This document shows positions 55,348 to 64,000 of a DNA stretch of 64,000 nt, one piece after another. Below the pieces are notes generated by a model that saw only the letters and a list, made by a program, of their open reading frames with translations, had not been told where the DNA came from and did no database searches. Every line of letters starts with the position of its first letter. The first letter of the stretch is position 1. The stretch covers positions 27,375 through 91,374 of the forward strand of contig JADJZB010000006.1 in assembly GCA_016719485.1 (NCBI GenBank), in the 5' to 3' direction. The position numbers and the translations under genes were made by a program. Origin of the DNA: Holophagales bacterium. GTDB taxonomy: Bacteria > Acidobacteriota > Thermoanaerobaculia > UBA5066.

Positions 55348-56400
55348 ATGAAGACTCTGGCTCTCCTGGGTACCACGCTGGGGCTCAGCTTCACGGCGGG
55401 ACTGAACCTCTACGCCACCGTCCTGATGACGGGCCTGGCGGTCCGGATGGGCTGGGTTCGCCTGCCGCCCGGGCTCGAGGGGCTCTCGGCGCTCGCGCAC
55501 CCGGTCGTCCTGGGAGTCGCCGGGCTGCTCTACGTCATCGAGTTCCTGGCCGACAAGATCCCCGCGGTGGACCATGTCTGGGATGCCGTCCACACGTTCG
55601 TCAGGCCGCTCGGAGCCGTCCTGATCACGTGGACCGCTGTCTCCGGGGCGAACATGCCGCAGGCTCTGGAGGTCCCGCTCCTCCTCCTCGCGGGCGGCGT
55701 GTCCCTCTCGACGCACGCCGGGAAAGCCGGGACACGCCTCGCGAGCGCCGGCACCGGAGCGCACGCGGTGGGCGGTGGCATCGGCCTCAGCCTGCTGGAG
55801 GACGTCGCGGCGTTCACGATTGCACCCCTCGCGCTCGCATACCCCGAGGCCACGCTGGTCGTGGTCGTCGTCGGACTGGCGCTCCTGGCTGTCGTCGCGC
55901 CCCTCGGCTGGAGGCTGCTCCGGTCCCGCATGGCGGCGATCGTCTACCTCCTGCAGCACAAGGTCGTCGACCGGCAGCTGCCCGGCCTCGACACCTCCCA
56001 CCTGCCCGAGTCCGTGACCCTCGCCTTTGCCGAGAACGGCGTCCTCACCGGAGAGGAGGGCCTCATCCTCCCCGCGTACGTGAGCTCGCTGCCCGGCATC
56101 CCGCGCTGGACTCCCGGCTTCTTGGCGGTGGTCCCGGGCGGCGCCGTTTTCGCCTGCCGCGCCTGGTTCCGCACCCGGCTGGCGCGGGTCTCCTGGGCCG
56201 ACGGGAGGCCGGTGCTCGCCCCGCGCCTCACCGGCTATGTGCTTCACGCCAGAACCCCGAAGGGACGTGCGACCTTCACCTTCTTCCCGCTGACTGCGCC
56301 CATGGGAAGGGCCCTGGAACGGACGGTGGCACGAGAGGGCGAGGGGTTCTCCAGGGACGTCCGGAGCCCCGAGGATCTCTCCCGGGCGTTTAGAGCGCGA
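55348..56400 (+). CDS. DUF4126-family membrane protein (3' end uncertain)
   Basis: MKTLALLGTTLGLSFTAGLNLYATVLMTGLAVRMGWVRLPPGLEGLSALAHPVVL... typical DUF4126; no stop in frame before the DUF3300 gene start at 56581, end set approximately. Confidence 0.5.
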
Positions 56401-56580
56401 GGACGGCGGGCACCCTCCGCTTCGCCCGACCTCCCGCCTGCGAGGGTCTCCACGAAGGGACATTCACTCTGGCGCGGGTCTTGCGCTATCCCCGCCGGGT
56501 CCATGGGGAGCGGCGAGCCCGGCCGAGTCCTCATGGCGGCGTCTGGTCACGAGAAAGTCACGGACAGGGCTGGAGGTCAC

Positions 56581-58275
56581 ATGGAAAACAGGATGTTGCG
56601 GCGAATCTGCTTCGTGGTGGCGATCTCGGGGATCCCTGCGCTTTCGATGGCGCAGGGGCAGGTGTCTCCTGCCGAGGTCGGCAACCGGGCCCTGAGCCAG
56701 GTCCCGAGCCTGACGATGGCCCAGCTCTCCGACCTCGTGGCCCCCATCGCCCTCTATCCCGACGCCCTGCTCAGCCAGGTCCTCGTCGCGAGCACTTATC
56801 CGCTGGAGGTCGTGCAGGCGCAGCAGTGGCTGCGGAGAAACGAGCTCCTGCAGGGTCAGAAGCTGATGGACGCGGCCAGGCAGCAACCCTGGGACGCCAG
56901 TGTCCAGGGTCTGGTGGCCTTTCCGGACGCCCTCTCGACGCTGAGCCAGGACGTCCAGTGGACCACGGAACTGGGTAACGCCTTCCTTGCGCAGGAGTCG
57001 GACGTCATGGTCGCGGTGCAGCGGTTGCGCACGCAGGCCCAGGCGGCGGGCAGGCTCGCATCCGACGAGCAGCAGACGGTCTCGGCCGTGGCCGAGGAAG
57101 GACGGACCGTCATCGAGATCGTGCCGGCCAATCCGGAAGTGATCTACGTGCCGCAGTACGACCCGTACTACGTCTGGGGATCGCCGGCGTGGGGCGGCTA
57201 TCCGTCGCTCGCGTACGGCTATGGCTACGGCTACGGCCCGGGAATCAACGTCGGATTCTGGTTCGGCGGCTGGTCCTGGGGCCTGGGCTGGGGTTGGGGT
57301 CCGAACTGGTACGGGGGATCCGTCTACGTCAACAACGCGTTCTTCCGGCACTGCGGCTACAACTACGGTCGCCACGGCAGCTACTACGGCGGCCACGACG
57401 GCGGATACAACGGAGGCCACAACGGAGGCCACAACGGCGGGAAGCAGGCCGGAGGACATGGCGGCCGGGAGAACTGGCAGCACGACGGGGGCCACCGCAA
57501 GGGAGTCCCTTACGCGGGCGGTGGGCGCGGCGGTCAGAATCGCGGCGGCTCGCAGACTTCACGGTCGACGATGACGAACTCCGGGACCTCGGGACGGTCG
57601 GGAAACCTGGCGGCGTCGCCGTCCGGGAGCCGAACGATGACTTCGGGTTCTCGAAGCGGCGGAACGGACGAGGGTTGGCGATCCGGGAACCGGACGGAAG
57701 CGTCGGGACTTCGGCGCGGCGGAACGGATCAGGGTTGGCGCGCCGGGAACCGGACGGAGAATCCGGGCTCTCGCAGTGCCGCTCCCGATCAAGGGTTGCG
57801 TGCCGGAAACCGGACGACAGCGTCGGTCCCGCGCACCAGTGGGGCGGATCGAGGGTGGAGCTCGACGGGAGAACAGCGGCGCAGCCCGCAGGGCCTGTCC
57901 CAGGGCCAGCGCTCGGCGGCAAGATATTCGGCACCCGCGCCCCGCAGCTCGGCCTCATCTCCGCGCTACACGGCGTCGTCGCCCCGCAGCTCGGCCTCGT
58001 CGCCGCGTTACCCGGAGTCCTCGCCCCGGTACTCGGCTTCGTCACCGAGCCATTCGGCTCCCTCCCGGAGCTACTCGGCTGCGCCGCGTTCGTCTTCGTC
58101 CTCGGCTCCGTCGCGCGGTTTCCAGACGGCGCCGCGTATGTCCACGTCCAGCGGCTCGGGGCGAAGCTCCGGAGGCGGGATGTCGCAGAGGTCCGGCGGT
58201 AGCGGTAGCTCGCGCGGATCGTCCGGTGGCCGCAGCTCGGGTGGAAGCTCGTCCGGTGGAGGCCGCCGCCACTGA
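56581..58275 (+). CDS. DUF3300-family secreted protein with Gly/Tyr/Trp-rich and Ser/Arg-rich low-complexity C-terminus
   Basis: ggaggtcac RBS + ATG 56581; signal peptide MLRRICFVVAISGIPALSMAQG; DUF3300 core LVAPIALYPDALLSQVLVASTYPLEVVQAQQW; GWxxGNRTE repeats x4 and SSPRY-type repeats. Confidence 0.65.
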   Translation: MENRMLRRICFVVAISGIPALSMAQGQVSPAEVGNRALSQVPSLTMAQLSDLVAPIALYPDALLSQVLVASTYPLEVVQAQQWLRRNELLQGQKLMDAARQQPWDASVQGLVAFPDALSTLSQDVQWTTELGNAFLAQESDVMVAVQRLRTQAQAAGRLASDEQQTVSAVAEEGRTVIEIVPANPEVIYVPQYDPYYVWGSPAWGGYPSLAYGYGYGYGPGINVGFWFGGWSWGLGWGWGPNWYGGSVYVNNAFFRHCGYNYGRHGSYYGGHDGGYNGGHNGGHNGGKQAGGHGGRENWQHDGGHRKGVPYAGGGRGGQNRGGSQTSRSTMTNSGTSGRSGNLAASPSGSRTMTSGSRSGGTDEGWRSGNRTEASGLRRGGTDQGWRAGNRTENPGSRSAAPDQGLRAGNRTTASVPRTSGADRGWSSTGEQRRSPQGLSQGQRSAARYSAPAPRSSASSPRYTASSPRSSASSPRYPESSPRYSASSPSHSAPSRSYSAAPRSSSSSAPSRGFQTAPRMSTSSGSGRSSGGGMSQRSGGSGSSRGSSGGRSSGGSSSGGGRRH

Positions 58276-58407
58276 CCTGTTCCCGCGGCCTGGCCGCCGC
58301 GGGGCGAATCGATCGGGGAGCCTCGGGAGCGCTCGGGGGCGGGGCGATTCGTCGCCCCGCCCTTCTGCGGGTTCTCTCAGGCGCCCCGCGAAGGGTCGCC
58401 CTGGTCG

Positions 58408-60549
58408 CTACCAGTCCTTGACCTTCAGACTCCGGTAGCAGCGGTACCCGGGACCACGCACGTCCCGGCAGAAGCCACGGTAGGGGTAGGCCAGGTCCGG
58501 ATCCCCACGGCCGAGAGCGGTGTTGACGAGGGTCCGGCGGCGGCCCCAATCCCCCTGGATGAACATGAGGCACGACCGGGCCACGTCTTCCTGCCCCCTG
58601 GGCGGGGACTCGTGGTCGGTCGTGCCGACGACGTGCCCTACTTCGTGCAGGAAGACCGCCGTCTGTAGCTTGCCGGCAACCCGCTTCCGCAGGTCGGGGT
58701 TCGCGAGGAGGGACCAGGCTCGATCTGCGTCCTCCAAGGGAATGCTCGCCGCCGGGCCTTCGTTCCTCAGCTCCCGCCCTTCGGCCGAGTCGGGCTGGAG
58801 GATGGCCCTGTCGAGCCACCGGTAGTCCTCCTCGATGCGGAGCTGGAACCGTGACGGATCCACGTAGACCGCCTCCGCGTTCCGGATGCACCAGGGCAGT
58901 CCGTCGAGCGAGAGGACGGCACAGGCCGGATTGGGGCCGCATTCCCCGGGAACAGGTCCGACCTTGATCATCAGGGCGTAGAAGGGGTGCGTTCCCCGGT
59001 CATCGGCGTTGAAGTTCACGAGGGGGCTTTCCCCCGGTCCGGGATTCCCGGCGGGATCGACGAGAGAGTCGTTCAGGCGGTAGGCGCGGATCGCCGTGAT
59101 CGCTTCCCACTTCGCCATCGGAAAGGCGTTGCCCGAATCGAGGAGGAACATCTCTTTCGTGCCGGGCTCGAGACGCCGGAACGTGTGTCCGCTCTTGCCC
59201 TCGGGGAACGCGAGCCCCCGGTACTCGTTGAAGAGGGTGATTCCGTCACCCTTGAAGTCCTGGCCCGAGACCTCGTCGCCGTCCCATTCCCCGGGCCGGT
59301 TCTCCTTCAGGATCCCCTTCTCCTCCTCCCAGGCGTCCGCCACGTGGTTGTCGTTGTCGTCCTTCGGCACGAGGAGCTCCTGGCGCGCTGTCTCGGGCTC
59401 CTCGGCCGTCAGCCGCAGCTCCTTGCAGACGGCCTGGACGCCTCCCCAGGCGCCGCCGTCCTCCGAGGCGACCATCACGACGGCCTCGCTGACCTTCTCC
59501 GTCGTGAAGGCGTGCTGCCCGTCCGGGTCGACCTGGATGCCCTCGGGCTGCTCCGCGGCGAAGCGCAGGTCCGGTTTCTCCGAGGGGCTCCGGGGGAAGT
59601 TCCCGCACTCGCCCCGCTGCCGGCTCACGTTGCGAAGGGTGAAGTCGATGCGGCCGGAGGGCTTCGAATCGTCGGGCTTCGCGGCGTGCAGCTCCGCCTT
59701 CACGCCGACCGTCTCGCTCCCGGACGTGCGATCGAAGAGGGGAGAGGGGACCCACTTCTCGTACGCGGCCCGATCGAGAGGAACGATGGTCATCCTCTTC
59801 CTGCGCCTCGGCTCGTCGGGAGGAGGCGGACCGAGGGTGACGGTGTAGTCGACGGTGAACGTCCCGCTCGTGAAACCGTCGCCCAGTCCCCGGAGGTCGG
59901 CGCTGCCGTGACCCGAGACCTGCCGGGGGTTTCCCTGCGCCGGGAGGGTGAAGTCGAGCTGGCGGCGCATGGGTGTGACGACGGTGGGACTGCCGGAGTG
60001 GAGCGCCTCGTCGCGTCCATTCTTCGCGAGCCCGAAGGCGCGCATCGCCACCTGGTCCCAGGGTTCCTCCGCCTTGACCGTGGCTCTTGCACCGAAGGCG
60101 AAATCCTCGACGTTCACGCTGCCGTGGAGGCCGTCCCTGCTCAGGGTCAAGCTGCCGCGCGCGCTCGTCGGCTGGGTGCCGGGCCCGTAGGTCCACGTGA
60201 CCGTGGGGAGGTCGCCCCCCCAGACTTGTGTGCCGCCGCCTTCCACCGTGACGTGGTTCCGCCAGGAGACGAGGTCCAGGTCGACGCGGTCGGACGAGCC
60301 TGTAATGCGGAACACGGCGGTTTCGGTGAAGGTGACCAGGATCGAGTCCTGCTCGGAGCTCCCCCCATCGGAGTGCTTCGACCGGGCCGCGGACGTCGCC
60401 CTTACCGAGAGCGTGACGAGGTCCTTACCGGCTGGCGCCCGAGAGGAACCCCCGGCCTGGTTCGGCGTGGAATCCGCCGGCGCCACGAGGGGCCAGGCCA
60501 CGAAGAGAACCGCAAGGCCGCCGAGCCGCGAAGCACGCCTGTGGGCCAT
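58408..60549 (-). CDS. large secreted protein with C-terminal HExxH zinc-metallopeptidase-like motif
   Basis: signal peptide MAHRRASRLGGLAVLFVAWPLVAPADS; FLHEVGHVVGTTDHE near C-terminus; ~710 aa, no other family recognised. Confidence 0.5.
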   Translation of the reverse strand: MAHRRASRLGGLAVLFVAWPLVAPADSTPNQAGGSSRAPAGKDLVTLSVRATSAARSKHSDGGSSEQDSILVTFTETAVFRITGSSDRVDLDLVSWRNHVTVEGGGTQVWGGDLPTVTWTYGPGTQPTSARGSLTLSRDGLHGSVNVEDFAFGARATVKAEEPWDQVAMRAFGLAKNGRDEALHSGSPTVVTPMRRQLDFTLPAQGNPRQVSGHGSADLRGLGDGFTSGTFTVDYTVTLGPPPPDEPRRRKRMTIVPLDRAAYEKWVPSPLFDRTSGSETVGVKAELHAAKPDDSKPSGRIDFTLRNVSRQRGECGNFPRSPSEKPDLRFAAEQPEGIQVDPDGQHAFTTEKVSEAVVMVASEDGGAWGGVQAVCKELRLTAEEPETARQELLVPKDDNDNHVADAWEEEKGILKENRPGEWDGDEVSGQDFKGDGITLFNEYRGLAFPEGKSGHTFRRLEPGTKEMFLLDSGNAFPMAKWEAITAIRAYRLNDSLVDPAGNPGPGESPLVNFNADDRGTHPFYALMIKVGPVPGECGPNPACAVLSLDGLPWCIRNAEAVYVDPSRFQLRIEEDYRWLDRAILQPDSAEGRELRNEGPAASIPLEDADRAWSLLANPDLRKRVAGKLQTAVFLHEVGHVVGTTDHESPPRGQEDVARSCLMFIQGDWGRRRTLVNTALGRGDPDLAYPYRGFCRDVRGPGYRCYRSLKVKDW

Positions 60550-60601
60550 CAGCTTCCTCCTGGCATCTCGAGGCCAACGAAGCACTTTGGACCGAGAGTA
60601 T

Positions 60602-61369
60602 CTACCCGCGCACGAAGTAGACGATCGAGATGGCGACGCCGACCGTGACGACGACCCAGCGGAGGGTGGAGGGCCTTACGCGCCCCGCGAGCTTTCCGCC
60701 GAGCGTTCCACCGAGGAGGGCGCCGGCGGCCATCACGACCGCCATGGGCCAGACGACCTGGCCCGAAAAGAGGAAGAAGACGGCCGCCGCCACGTTGACC
60801 GCGAACGCGACCGCCTGCTTCAGCGCGTTCAGGCGCGTGAGGGAGTCGTGCACGGTGAGGCCCAGCGACGACAGGACGATGACGCTCAGGCCCGCGCCGA
60901 AGTAGCCGCCGTAGACGGAGGCCAGCCCCACGGGGAGCCACGTCCACTTCTCGAGGCCCGCGTGGGAGTGGTCGTCGCCCATCCGGCGCAGCAGCCAGGC
61001 GCGGACCGGGTCCTGGATCGCGAGGAGGCCCGAGGCAAGGAGGATGAGCCACGGGACGAGGCTCCGGAAGAGCTTCTCGCCGGTGTGCAGGAGGAGGATC
61101 CCGCCCAGGACGCCGCCGACGATGCTGGCCGGGAGGATGAGCCAGAGCCGACGCTTCTGCCCTCGCAGGTCGTTCCTCTGGGCGATCGTCCCGCCGAGGT
61201 AGCCCGGGCAGAGCGCGACCGTGTTCGTCACGTTCGCGCCGACGGCCGGCACGCCCAGCGCGATCAGCATCGGGAAGGTGATCAACGTGCCGCCGCCCGC
61301 CAGGGCGTTGACGGCCCCGGCGCCGACGGCGGCCACCGCGGCGAGGGCGAGCTGCAGCGTCGTGAACAT
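60602..61369 (-). CDS. TauE/SafE-family sulfite/anion exporter
   Basis: 8 TM, duplicated 4-TM halves with Gly-rich motifs. Confidence 0.7.
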   Translation of the reverse strand: MFTTLQLALAAVAAVGAGAVNALAGGGTLITFPMLIALGVPAVGANVTNTVALCPGYLGGTIAQRNDLRGQKRRLWLILPASIVGGVLGGILLLHTGEKLFRSLVPWLILLASGLLAIQDPVRAWLLRRMGDDHSHAGLEKWTWLPVGLASVYGGYFGAGLSVIVLSSLGLTVHDSLTRLNALKQAVAFAVNVAAAVFFLFSGQVVWPMAVVMAAGALLGGTLGGKLAGRVRPSTLRWVVVTVGVAISIVYFVRG

Positions 61370-61499
61370 CGTGGATCCGCGAGGATAGGGAGCCTGGTGA
61401 GGACTGGCAAACGTCGTCGTCGTCGGCCTCGCCCTGAAATCCGGAGGGCCCCGGACGCCTGAGGGCGGCCGGGGCCGGGAAACGGGAGGGCGGGGAGGT

Positions 61500-62180
61500 T
61501 CAGGCGATCGGGGTCTGGGCGGGGGCGTTGACGAACTCGCGGGAGAAGGTGTCCCAGGAGGCGTCGTCGAGGCTGGCGGCCGAGCCCTTGCCGGGGAGTC
61601 CGCCGTCGGCCATGACGGGGACGTGGGCCATGGTGCGGGAGGGGACCATGAAGTCGGCGAGGCGGTGGAGCTCTTCGCGCAGGAAGTGGGTGGCGGCGGC
61701 GCCGATGCGCAGGGGGGCGATGGCGGCGTGGTGGTCGCGGGTCCAGATGGAGGCGACCCAGCCGGAGCCGTAGGGGTCGCGGACGACGGCGGAGGGGTCG
61801 CGCATGGCCTTGTCGTTGGCCGACATGACGGTGCCGGAGGCGGGGGAGGGGATGACGAGCTTGCGGCCCTTGACGGTGAGGGTGAAGAGGGGGCTGCCGC
61901 GCTCGATGGTGGTTCCCTGGGCGGGGACGTCGACCTTGTCGATCTGGCCGACGGCCTCGGCGAGGAAGTCGTCGATGCCGACGCGCAGGCGGCCGTCGGA
62001 GGTGATGCGCAGCCAGGTGTGGGCGGCGTCGAGGAAGACACCCTGGGGAGGCTGGGGCACCTTCATCGCCACGATCGGCTGGAGCGCTTCGACGCTGGCG
62101 GTCCGGCGCTGGCGCGCGAGGACGAAGCTGTCGACGGCGAGCGCGAGGACGATGGTGAGGATGACGAGCAGTGCGACCAT
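61500..62180 (-). CDS. membrane-anchored glycine-cleavage-H-like (lipoyl/biotinyl-domain fold) protein
   Basis: aggagg RBS + ATG 62180; N-terminal [18 protein letters not shown]; GcvH-like [20 protein letters not shown]...TLTVKGRKL...[11 protein letters not shown]. Confidence 0.5.
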   Translation of the reverse strand: MVALLVILTIVLALAVDSFVLARQRRTASVEALQPIVAMKVPQPPQGVFLDAAHTWLRITSDGRLRVGIDDFLAEAVGQIDKVDVPAQGTTIERGSPLFTLTVKGRKLVIPSPASGTVMSANDKAMRDPSAVVRDPYGSGWVASIWTRDHHAAIAPLRIGAAATHFLREELHRLADFMVPSRTMAHVPVMADGGLPGKGSAASLDDASWDTFSREFVNAPAQTPIA

Positions 62181-62525
62181 GTTGTGCCTCCTGCGGGGTG
62201 CGTCCGATGTCTCTCGGCCCCGTTTCACCACGAGATATCGCAAGGTCGCTGCCAGTTGCTGTGCGATGCCGATAAAGCTACGAGGGTCAGTCGTTTACGT
62301 CTGTACGCCCTCCGTCCTGCAGCTTGGCCGGTGGTGAACTCCTCAACGCCCGGCATACGTGGGGAAACGCACCCAAGCTTCTCCTTCCCAGCAACTTGCG
62401 CGTAGAACGGGACCGGCTGCAGGGGGTGTCGGCGCTGCTGAGATTCGCAACGTCTCGCGGTTCCCGGCACGCTAAGCTCCGCCGGGCGAGCTCGCGGCAG
62501 GGCAAGACCGCGAGAGGAGAGCAGG

Positions 62526-63827
62526 ATGGAAGACACGCTGGCGTTCGTCATGGCAGGTGGACAGGGGGAGCGTCTGAAGCCGCTCACCGACGTGCGGGCG
62601 AAACCGGCGGTTCCCTTCGGGGGCATCTTCCGGATCATCGACTTCACCCTGTCCAACTGCGTCAACTCGGGCCTCCGGCGGATCTTCGTCCTCACGCAGT
62701 ACAAGTCGTATTCCCTCTCCAACCACCTCAAGACGGGCTGGAACATGTTCAGCTCGCGCCTCGACCAGTTCATCGACGAGGTGCCGGCCCAGCAGCAGCG
62801 CGGAAGCAGCTGGTACCAGGGAACGGCCGACGCCATCCGGCAGAACGCGAACTTCCTCGAGAACAAGCGCCCGCGGCTGGCGCTCATCCTCTCGGGCGAT
62901 CACGTCTACAAGATGGACTACCGGCTCCTCAGGGCCCTCCACGACGAGAAGCACGCCGGTCTCACGGTCGCCTGCGTCCGGCTCCCGGCGGAAGAGGCTG
63001 CGGGGAACTTCGGCGTGATGGAGGTGGACGGGGAGGGGCGGATCGTCGGGTTCGAGGAGAAGCCGGCGGAGCCGAAGACGATACCCGGCACGTCCGACTG
63101 CCTCGCCTCTATGGGGATCTACCTCTTCGAGGCGGACTGCCTCCGGGAGGCCCTCGACAACGACACCCTCGATTTCGGCAAGGACGTCATTCCCATGCTC
63201 ATCCGGCAGGGGACCCCGGTCTTCGCGTACGACTTCACGCGGCGCAACGCGATCCCCGAGTGGGAGTTCGTCAAGGCCGACGGCCTGCGCCGCAAGGAGC
63301 TCGTACCGAGGTCCAGCGACTCCGACTACTGGCGCGACGTCGGGACGCTCGAGCAGTACTGGCTCGCCAACCTCGACCTCGTTCAGCCGCACCCGAGGTT
63401 CAACGTCTACGGCGAGCACTTCCCTCTCTTCTCGGCTCCCGGGCATTTCCCGCCCGCGAAGTTCGTCCACGAGATGCCCGACCGGACGGGGGTGGCGGTC
63501 AACTCGATCGTCGCCGACGGCGTCATCGTGAGCGGTGCCACGGTGCGCGAATCGGTGCTCGGCAGCGGGGTGTACGTCCACAGCTGGGCGATGATCGAGA
63601 AATCGGTCCTCCTCGGCGGGTCCATCCGCGGCGGCATCCTCACCGAGACGAGCATTGGCCGGCACTGCCGGGTCCGCAACGCCATCATCGACAAGAACGT
63701 CCACCTCTCGGAGAACACGTCGATCGGCTACGACCGCGCCGCGGACGAAGGGCGCGGGCTGAAGACGGTTTCGATGACGGGGAGCAGCGACTACATCGTC
63801 GTCGTGCCGAAGGACTACTCCCTGTAG
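62526..63827 (+). CDS. glgC: glucose-1-phosphate adenylyltransferase
   Basis: AFVMAGGQGERLKPLT, FRIIDFTLSNCVNSGLRRIFVLTQYKS, 433 aa. Confidence 0.9.
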   Translation: MEDTLAFVMAGGQGERLKPLTDVRAKPAVPFGGIFRIIDFTLSNCVNSGLRRIFVLTQYKSYSLSNHLKTGWNMFSSRLDQFIDEVPAQQQRGSSWYQGTADAIRQNANFLENKRPRLALILSGDHVYKMDYRLLRALHDEKHAGLTVACVRLPAEEAAGNFGVMEVDGEGRIVGFEEKPAEPKTIPGTSDCLASMGIYLFEADCLREALDNDTLDFGKDVIPMLIRQGTPVFAYDFTRRNAIPEWEFVKADGLRRKELVPRSSDSDYWRDVGTLEQYWLANLDLVQPHPRFNVYGEHFPLFSAPGHFPPAKFVHEMPDRTGVAVNSIVADGVIVSGATVRESVLGSGVYVHSWAMIEKSVLLGGSIRGGILTETSIGRHCRVRNAIIDKNVHLSENTSIGYDRAADEGRGLKTVSMTGSSDYIVVVPKDYSL

Positions 63828-63871
63828 CGCTCTTTCGAAGCCATGTCTCGATCTGAACGACGGGCGCGCCT

Positions 63872-64000
63872 GTGAGCCTCAGGCCGGGAACCCGCCTCGG
63901 GCCGTACCTTGTTCTCGCCCCGCTCGGCGTCGGGGGAATGGGCGAGGTCTGGAGGGCGCGCGACACGCGGCTCGACCGCGAAGTCGCAGTGAAGGTCCTC
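63872..64000 (+). CDS. serine/threonine protein kinase, N-terminal fragment (runs off window end)
   Basis: GTG 63872; [14 protein letters not shown]...VAVKVL = glycine loop + VAIK lysine. Confidence 0.45.
   Translation, partial: MSLRPGTRLGPYLVLAPLGVGGMGEVWRARDTRLDREVAVKVL

Overview
This ~70% GC bacterial window reads as three blocks. The 5' third (1-21.7 kb) is a copper/heavy-metal homeostasis island. It carries several secreted Met/His/Gly-rich proteins, a small multicopper oxidase, a cytochrome c, a MerT-like transporter and a CcsBA cytochrome c biogenesis fusion. It also has a CHASE2 sensor kinase / NtrC-type sigma54 activator / FecR-like module, with a near-consensus sigma54 promoter in front of the oxidase operon. 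A czcCBA-type RND efflux operon follows, ending in a P-II-like gene and a P1B-type ATPase. The middle (22.3-29.4 kb) is a composite genomic-island region. Three direct copies of a ~45-nt tRNA-3'-end-like sequence (plus a degenerate fourth) delimit short cassettes. One cassette holds a translationally coupled UPF0175/DUF3368(PIN) - AEP primase-polymerase/SF2 helicase - small-ORF operon, the best candidate for an undescribed system. Others hold an AbiE-like pair and a HepT/MntA pair, and an IS3-family transposase remnant closes the region. The 3' half is largely housekeeping or accessory metabolism. It includes a lipid operon (alpha/beta hydrolase-methyltransferase, PAP2/dual-specificity phosphatase fusion, PlsC-like, CdsA), a TAT-exported Zn-ADH with a divergent LysR, and an AKR duplicate plus a chimeric AKR remnant. 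It also carries furA-like/katG, an ALDH7-type dehydrogenase, an orphan ParA, CcdA/thioredoxin, OsmC, FadD-like, a DUF4126/DUF3300 pair, a large secreted HExxH protein, TauE, a GcvH-like protein, glgC and the start of a Ser/Thr kinase. At least five genes show apparent single-base frameshifts, often at G/C homopolymers. This points to assembly error and/or pseudogenisation. Many long antisense ORFs in the six-frame track are GC artefacts. All coordinates derive from the ORF track arithmetic and manual reading. No database search was possible.
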